A stretch of DNA of 64,000 nt, from sequence record MW349128.1; one strand, given 5' to 3'. The position numbers and the translations under genes were made by a program. The notes under the pieces are model-generated. The model worked only from the letters and a program-made list of their open reading frames with translations. It had not been told where the DNA came from and did no database searches. Each line of letters opens with the position of its first letter. The first letter of the stretch is position 1. Positions 60,001 through 64,000 of this stretch are shown here, piece after piece.

Positions 60001-62190
60001 ATGCCCATATTGCTCAAATAAGCCTATGAAAAGGGATCAAAATTTCTTTTTAGAAAAAATAAATAATATTGATTCAAGTTTCTTAAAAGAATATGAATTA
60101 AAAAGCAATTATATAAGCGTTAACGAAAATATTAAAATTAAACATAAAGAATGTGGAAATATCTTTAATACTACCCCTAATAGAATTTATAGAGGTAATA
60201 GATGTAGTATGTGTTCACATAAATCTGATAAATATAATTTTAAAGAGGTAAAGAGTATAATAGAAAAAGATGGAAAATTTAAACTTTTATCTAATAATTA
60301 TATAAATAATAAATATAAATTAAAAATAAAATGTCTTAACTGTGGTAATATACAAGAGAAAAGTTTAGTTACATTTCAAGATAAAAGAAATAGAAAATGT
60401 ATATGTGAAAAATATTCTTTACCAATTCGTTATATAACAAATTTTTTAATAGATAAAAATATAAATTTTGAGCTAGAAAAAAGATTTGATAATTGTAGAA
60501 ATATTAGACCTTTACCCTTCGATATTTTTATAAATGATTTTAATATTCTAATTGAATATGATGGGGAACAACATTTTAAACCAATATATGGTATAGAAAA
60601 ACTCAATAAAACTAAAATAAATGATGAAATAAAAAATAATTTTTGTAATAAAGAAGGAATAGAATTAATTAGAATAAACTGTTATGATAATTATGAAGAT
60701 AAAATTGAAAATTTAGTTCAACGACTATCGAAAGTTGAGTATACATCGTGAGGATATATACAATATAAATGAGTAGAGTACAGCCAAGCGGTTAGTTTTT
60801 AAGTGATATTAGCTTAATATAATTCTATTAAATGGAAACATAAAGACGTGTATATTAACACATATACGTAAGATATAGTCTCAACGTTTAGGGAAAACCT
60901 AAAGAAGTTCATAAGAGAACTGGTATAGATTAGCGATCTATATTGAAGATTTTGAGTACTCTCGACACATCTCAAGGGCAATTTTTCTTTCAACAAATGA
61001 ATGAAGCAGCTCAATGGAATGAAAAAATATATGATTATTTTATTGATAGTGAAGAAGAAGGAAATTCTAAATTAGAAAAATACATGGAAGATAATTCAAA
61101 TAATGAATTCATGTATATAGAATATTCATATAAAGAATTAGGTAAAGATGAAAATTGGTTAGAAAAACAAAAGAGACAAATTGGTTCTTTAGAAGCTGTT
61201 AAACGTGAGATATTATTGGAATGGGCTTATAGTTCTGATGATTCATTATTCTCTGAAGAACAAATGACTGAAATATCTATGTATGCTAATAAAGAAATAT
61301 ATAATACTCTTGAATTTAATATTGATGGTAGAACTTATTATGTAAATATGATTAAATATATGGATAATATTACAGAGAAAAATTGGCTTATTGGTATTGA
61401 TATGTCTGGTGGTTTAGGACGAGATAATACAGCGTTTACTGTAGTGGATCCAGCTACTTTGGAACCAGTAATGACTTTTAAAAATAATGTAATTAATGGA
61501 CCTACATTCAGAAAATTAATTAAAGAATTGGTTAGTTTCTATATACCTAACGCTATATTAATACCTGAACGTAACTATGCAGGTTTAACAGTAATTGATC
61601 ATATGATATCTTATGATGGTTTAGAATCTAATTTATTCTATACGCTTAAAACTCGTGTAGCTGAAAAGCAAGTAGAAAATAAAAGTTTATTTAATGAAAT
61701 GTCTAGATATAGCAAAACTGAAAAAGTTAAAAAAGAAACTCGTAGATATGGTATTGATACAACTAAAAAATCTCGTGATATAATGTTAAATGAAATATTA
61801 TCTATGCTTGTTGAAGAAAAACCACATTTAATTAATAATAAACCACTTTTCCAAGAAATCAAATCTTTACAAATGATTAAAGGACGTATTGACCATCCAC
61901 CGGGAGGTCACGATGACTTAATGATGTCTTATTTATTCTGTTTATATGCGTATTACTATGAAAAAGATATTAATAAATTTGTAAAAATTAAATATGGTTC
62001 TAAACTCTCACCTAACAGTGAAAATGCAGAAGGAATGAAAAAAGAACAAGAAGCTAGAAGAAAAGATATTGCTTCAATTAAACGTATCAATAGTGTTATT
62101 GAAGGAAATGATATGAGTAATTCTATATTTGGTCAACAACAAAAACCAATGGATAACAATAATAAACGTATTATGGATTTATTCAAATAA
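57093..62190 (+). CDS. terL: Terminase large subunit. Spliced: join(57093..57725,57879..57907,59118..59184,59356..59430,60955..62190), 679 aa
   Basis: Walker A-like LPRQHYKT, then AGRGSTVP, Walker B VWLDEWAF, motif C LITTTP and nuclease IGIDMSGGLGRD and HDDLMM. The central motifs become contiguous only after removing four introns. Confidence 0.88.
57726..57878 (+). ncRNA. Group I mini-intron T1 (153 nt, no ORF) in terminase
   Basis: P1 UGAGAGU/GCUCUCA; P3 ctctat/atagag. P, Q, R and S motifs present. Ends ...ttacG. Confidence 0.9.
57879..57907 (+). other. 29-nt micro-exon (ANKAGRGSTV)
   Basis: In frame between T1 and T2. Confidence 0.85.
57908..59117 (+). mobile_element. Group I intron T2 (1210 nt), mini-intron-type core with a homing endonuclease ORF in the P8 loop
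   Basis: P1 GCACCGU/GCAGUGC. R motif lies before the ORF and S motif overlaps its stop codon. Ends ...aaatG. Confidence 0.88.
58063..59073 (+). CDS. Intron-encoded putative homing endonuclease (Cys-rich repeats plus Vsr/DUF559-like nuclease domain)
   Basis: Multiple CxxC motifs; C-terminal FRFDFYF...VVEVDGKGH...IRLPY. Confidence 0.8.
   Translation: MPKGVKSKEKFIEQKNKTFKEIKDINGDKFEILGEYKNSKEPIKCHCNICDRDFFLPTEKLRLKRKFCNRKDCRYSEKPKNSKGKETFLIELKDKFGFNYTYIEGFNGMNKKCRFRCGKCGNIRYFAKPSTLMDKRKKYNSVNCNRCINNENYIILDSQELSKKTTEEFQGELDMIFGYNKFNVLTEYTRSKDYIYLKSNDCGHKFKTRPDDILKRKRCSVCSKSIGEIAIIELLQENNVEYENEVTFEGSSFRFDFYFKKINTVVEVDGKGHIKGYGNFINDKRNKSKRTPEDIKKLDNEKDEFIRSKGINMIRLPYQNRINEELIIPMKKLLKL
59185..59355 (+). 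ncRNA. Group I mini-intron T3 (171 nt, no ORF) in terminase; 3' boundary anomalous
   Basis: P1 GAUG-AGU/GCU-C-CAUC. P, Q, R and S motifs present. Frame requires the exon to resume at CCA 59356, which makes A59355 the terminal base. Confidence 0.8.
59431..60954 (+). mobile_element. Group I intron T4 (1524 nt), full-size phage IA2-like, with a homing endonuclease ORF in the P6 region
   Basis: P1 CACCU/GGGUG; P10 AGU/ACU. Extended P5, aatcagcagc, gttcaacgactatcg, gtacagccaagcgg (P7.1/7.2 region), aagatatagtc and several P9 helices. Ends ...ttttG. Confidence 0.88.
59642..60751 (+). CDS. Intron-encoded putative homing endonuclease (Cys-rich repeats plus Vsr/DUF559-like nuclease domain)
   Basis: Repeated KHKECGNIF...CxxC; C-terminal LPFDIFI...LIEYDGEQHF. 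The 3' end overlaps the intron R motif. Confidence 0.82.
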   Translation: MVILDFYEKLNKKFDNSIITKEKYINGNEKIKFYCKNCKNYFYSKPRKIIESSYKSCHLCRKREKENIFRNNLINMINKEIYEIIEMKDPIKNNEKFSLKHKECGNIFSISVSNFKKGRKCPYCSNKPMKRDQNFFLEKINNIDSSFLKEYELKSNYISVNENIKIKHKECGNIFNTTPNRIYRGNRCSMCSHKSDKYNFKEVKSIIEKDGKFKLLSNNYINNKYKLKIKCLNCGNIQEKSLVTFQDKRNRKCICEKYSLPIRYITNFLIDKNINFELEKRFDNCRNIRPLPFDIFINDFNILIEYDGEQHFKPIYGIEKLNKTKINDEIKNNFCNKEGIELIRINCYDNYEDKIENLVQRLSKVEYTS

Positions 62191-62198
62191 AATATATA

Positions 62199-62230
62199 AG
62201 AGTAATGATGATTAACTTCGTCATTACTCT
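62199..62230 (+). terminator. Terminator after terminase
   Basis: Stem agagtaatga.g/c.tcattactct plus T-rich tail. Confidence 0.7.
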
Positions 62231-62362
62231 ATTTTATTGGAAATTTTTATAAAATGTTATTAACTAAGTTGTATAGTAGAGTTGATTTTAGAAAAGATAA
62301 AAGAAAATTTTAGTTATTCGTCAGAATAATATATTATATAAAAATAAAAAGATAAATGGGAA

Positions 62363-63163
62363 GTGAAAATTTTGACTAAGACATACTTAATTGATGACAA
62401 AGATGATTTAGAAATGGTTAAAGAAGAATACGATGAAATTATTATGAATATTTCTGAAGATATTATGGTAGATAATATTAAAGATCAAATTCATGAATCT
62501 AATACAAAGCAATTTTATACTGATCAACATCATAAGAATTTCTTTGAATACTTTGAAATCCGATTTAATTTTGTATTAGAAAGATATAAAGATGATAATG
62601 ATATTTTAAATAGAACTAAAGAAGTTTATAATGATATTTTAAATGAAATATTAGAATCAATTCAAGATACTTATCAATTATCTATTGAATTTTCAGAAGA
62701 TATTTTAGTTGAAGATAAAGCTCAGTATATTAAATCATTATACTATTTCTTTGTATTAAATAAAAAAGAAATGATTAATAATCTATTTATTAATTATATT
62801 GAAAAGAATATTGTACATTTATCTAAGACTTATGAAGATAATTTAAATGATGATATTAATACTTCATTATCATATAACAATTTAAAGAAAACTATTGATA
62901 ATGAATACACAGCTATGATTTATTCTATTCCAGATATTATTGAAGGAATTTATATTGGAGATAATGAAGATATTATTGAAACTATAATTCTAGATGAAGA
63001 ATCTGAATTGAATAATTATCAGATTGATAAAATGTTAGTAGAACAATCAATTACTGATGTTAGATTTGATAATAATCTTATTAACGTATTAAGAGAAACA
63101 TTTGAAGATAATAACGTATTATTTAGAGAAATCCAGTATTATTTCATTAATAAATATAAATAA
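62363..63163 (+). CDS. Hypothetical protein
   Basis: 266 aa, GTG start. Confidence 0.7.
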   Translation: MKILTKTYLIDDKDDLEMVKEEYDEIIMNISEDIMVDNIKDQIHESNTKQFYTDQHHKNFFEYFEIRFNFVLERYKDDNDILNRTKEVYNDILNEILESIQDTYQLSIEFSEDILVEDKAQYIKSLYYFFVLNKKEMINNLFINYIEKNIVHLSKTYEDNLNDDINTSLSYNNLKKTIDNEYTAMIYSIPDIIEGIYIGDNEDIIETIILDEESELNNYQIDKMLVEQSITDVRFDNNLINVLRETFEDNNVLFREIQYYFINKYK

Positions 63164-63169
63164 GGAGAT

Positions 63170-63922
63170 TTGTCAAAAATGGTAGAAGAGAATAAATATG
63201 TTGAAGAATTAGAAAAAGATTTACAAAATGCGATGGAAGAATTTGATAAAGAAAATGAAGAATTAGAAAAAGAAATCGAAGAAAAAAAGAAAGATATCAA
63301 TAAAGAATTATCAACTTACTATGGTAAAGATAATATTGATATCAATGACGTACTATCTGTAGATTCTAAAGTTCAAAGATATCAAGAAAAATTAGATTTC
63401 ATTAATGGGGATTTAACTTTTGAAAAAGATGAAGATATTCCTGAAAGATTAAAACCTTTAAAAGATTTAAAGATTAATGATACCAAACAAATTGAAAATA
63501 TCATTGAACAAATTAAAGATAGTAAAGAAGCTAAACATATGTTAGATAATATTACTATTAGTAAATTACCTGTTAAAGAAAATAAACTTAAAAAAGTAAA
63601 TGAAAAATTAAATATGAAAATTTACAATCATAATAAAATTCATGGAAATGAAAATAATGAATACAATTATATTGATCTAGAAGAGATCTATGAAAATCTA
63701 AAAAATGCATTAGACAGTGATAGTTTCAAAGAAACAAATTCATTGTATAAATTTATGTGTTCATTAGGTTCATACATGTTACAAAATTATGAAAAATCTC
63801 CTTATTATATAAAATCTCTTTCTGAAAATGTTGATTATATTGGAAAATTCGGTAATAAATTAGAACAGAACGAAGATTTTATCAAAGTAATTAATAGTAT
63901 CTTAATTAGATACCAAAAATAA
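63170..63922 (+). CDS. Hypothetical protein
   Basis: 250 aa, TTG start after AAGGAG. Confidence 0.7.
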   Translation: MSKMVEENKYVEELEKDLQNAMEEFDKENEELEKEIEEKKKDINKELSTYYGKDNIDINDVLSVDSKVQRYQEKLDFINGDLTFEKDEDIPERLKPLKDLKINDTKQIENIIEQIKDSKEAKHMLDNITISKLPVKENKLKKVNEKLNMKIYNHNKIHGNENNEYNYIDLEEIYENLKNALDSDSFKETNSLYKFMCSLGSYMLQNYEKSPYYIKSLSENVDYIGKFGNKLEQNEDFIKVINSILIRYQK

Positions 63923-63960
63923 ATTATAAAAATTAGAATAGAAAGAGGTTAGAGTTAGTT

Positions 63961-64000
63961 ATGCCAGAAATTAAATTTTATACAAAGAATAATTGTAGTA
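63961..64000 (+). CDS. Start of a probable glutaredoxin/NrdH-like protein (truncated by the window edge)
   Basis: MPEIKFYTKNNCS resembles the NrdH I.VYTK..C..C start. The second Cys is not visible. Confidence 0.45.
   Translation, partial: MPEIKFYTKNNCS

Noticed and set aside
60814-61014. 66-aa minus-strand ORF
   Set aside because: It lies antisense across the structured 3' end of intron T4 and exon 5.
9567-61862. Many short opposite-strand ORFs in the track (e.g. 9567, 10711, 12419, 13486, 20206, 25694, 29710, 39258, 40479, 45864, 53576, 55905, 57518, 61638)
   Set aside because: They overlap longer, RBS-supported genes and have the composition typical of antisense shadows.
1-64000. tRNA, rRNA and intein elements
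   Set aside because: No cloverleaf, rRNA-like sequence or intein terminal motifs were seen by eye. A tRNAscan or intein HMM run would be needed to exclude them formally.

Overview
This is a 64 kb piece of a very AT-rich jumbo myophage of the AR9/PBS1 type. A staphylococcal or other low-GC Firmicute host is inferred. Contents in order: two non-virion RNA polymerase subunits (beta N-part, beta' N-part), a primase, about 18 kb of early accessory genes behind a repeated ATATATTAT promoter, a minus-strand tail/lysis block with a 3084-aa modular tail protein, baseplate and neck genes, prohead protease, head proteins, major capsid protein and large terminase. The main result is nine group I introns that the ORF track does not show: 2 in RNAP beta', 3 in the protease and 4 in the terminase. 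Seven are ORF-less mini-introns of only 153-182 nt. They sit in catalytic motifs and leave micro-exons of 6 nt (Ala-Asp of the RNAP ADYDGD motif), 11 nt (YDWV of the protease) and 29 nt (terminase). Splice sites were inferred by eye from P1 U-G pairing, a terminal G and restored reading frame. One intron appears to need a terminal A. Family assignments come from motif recognition and memory, not from database searches.
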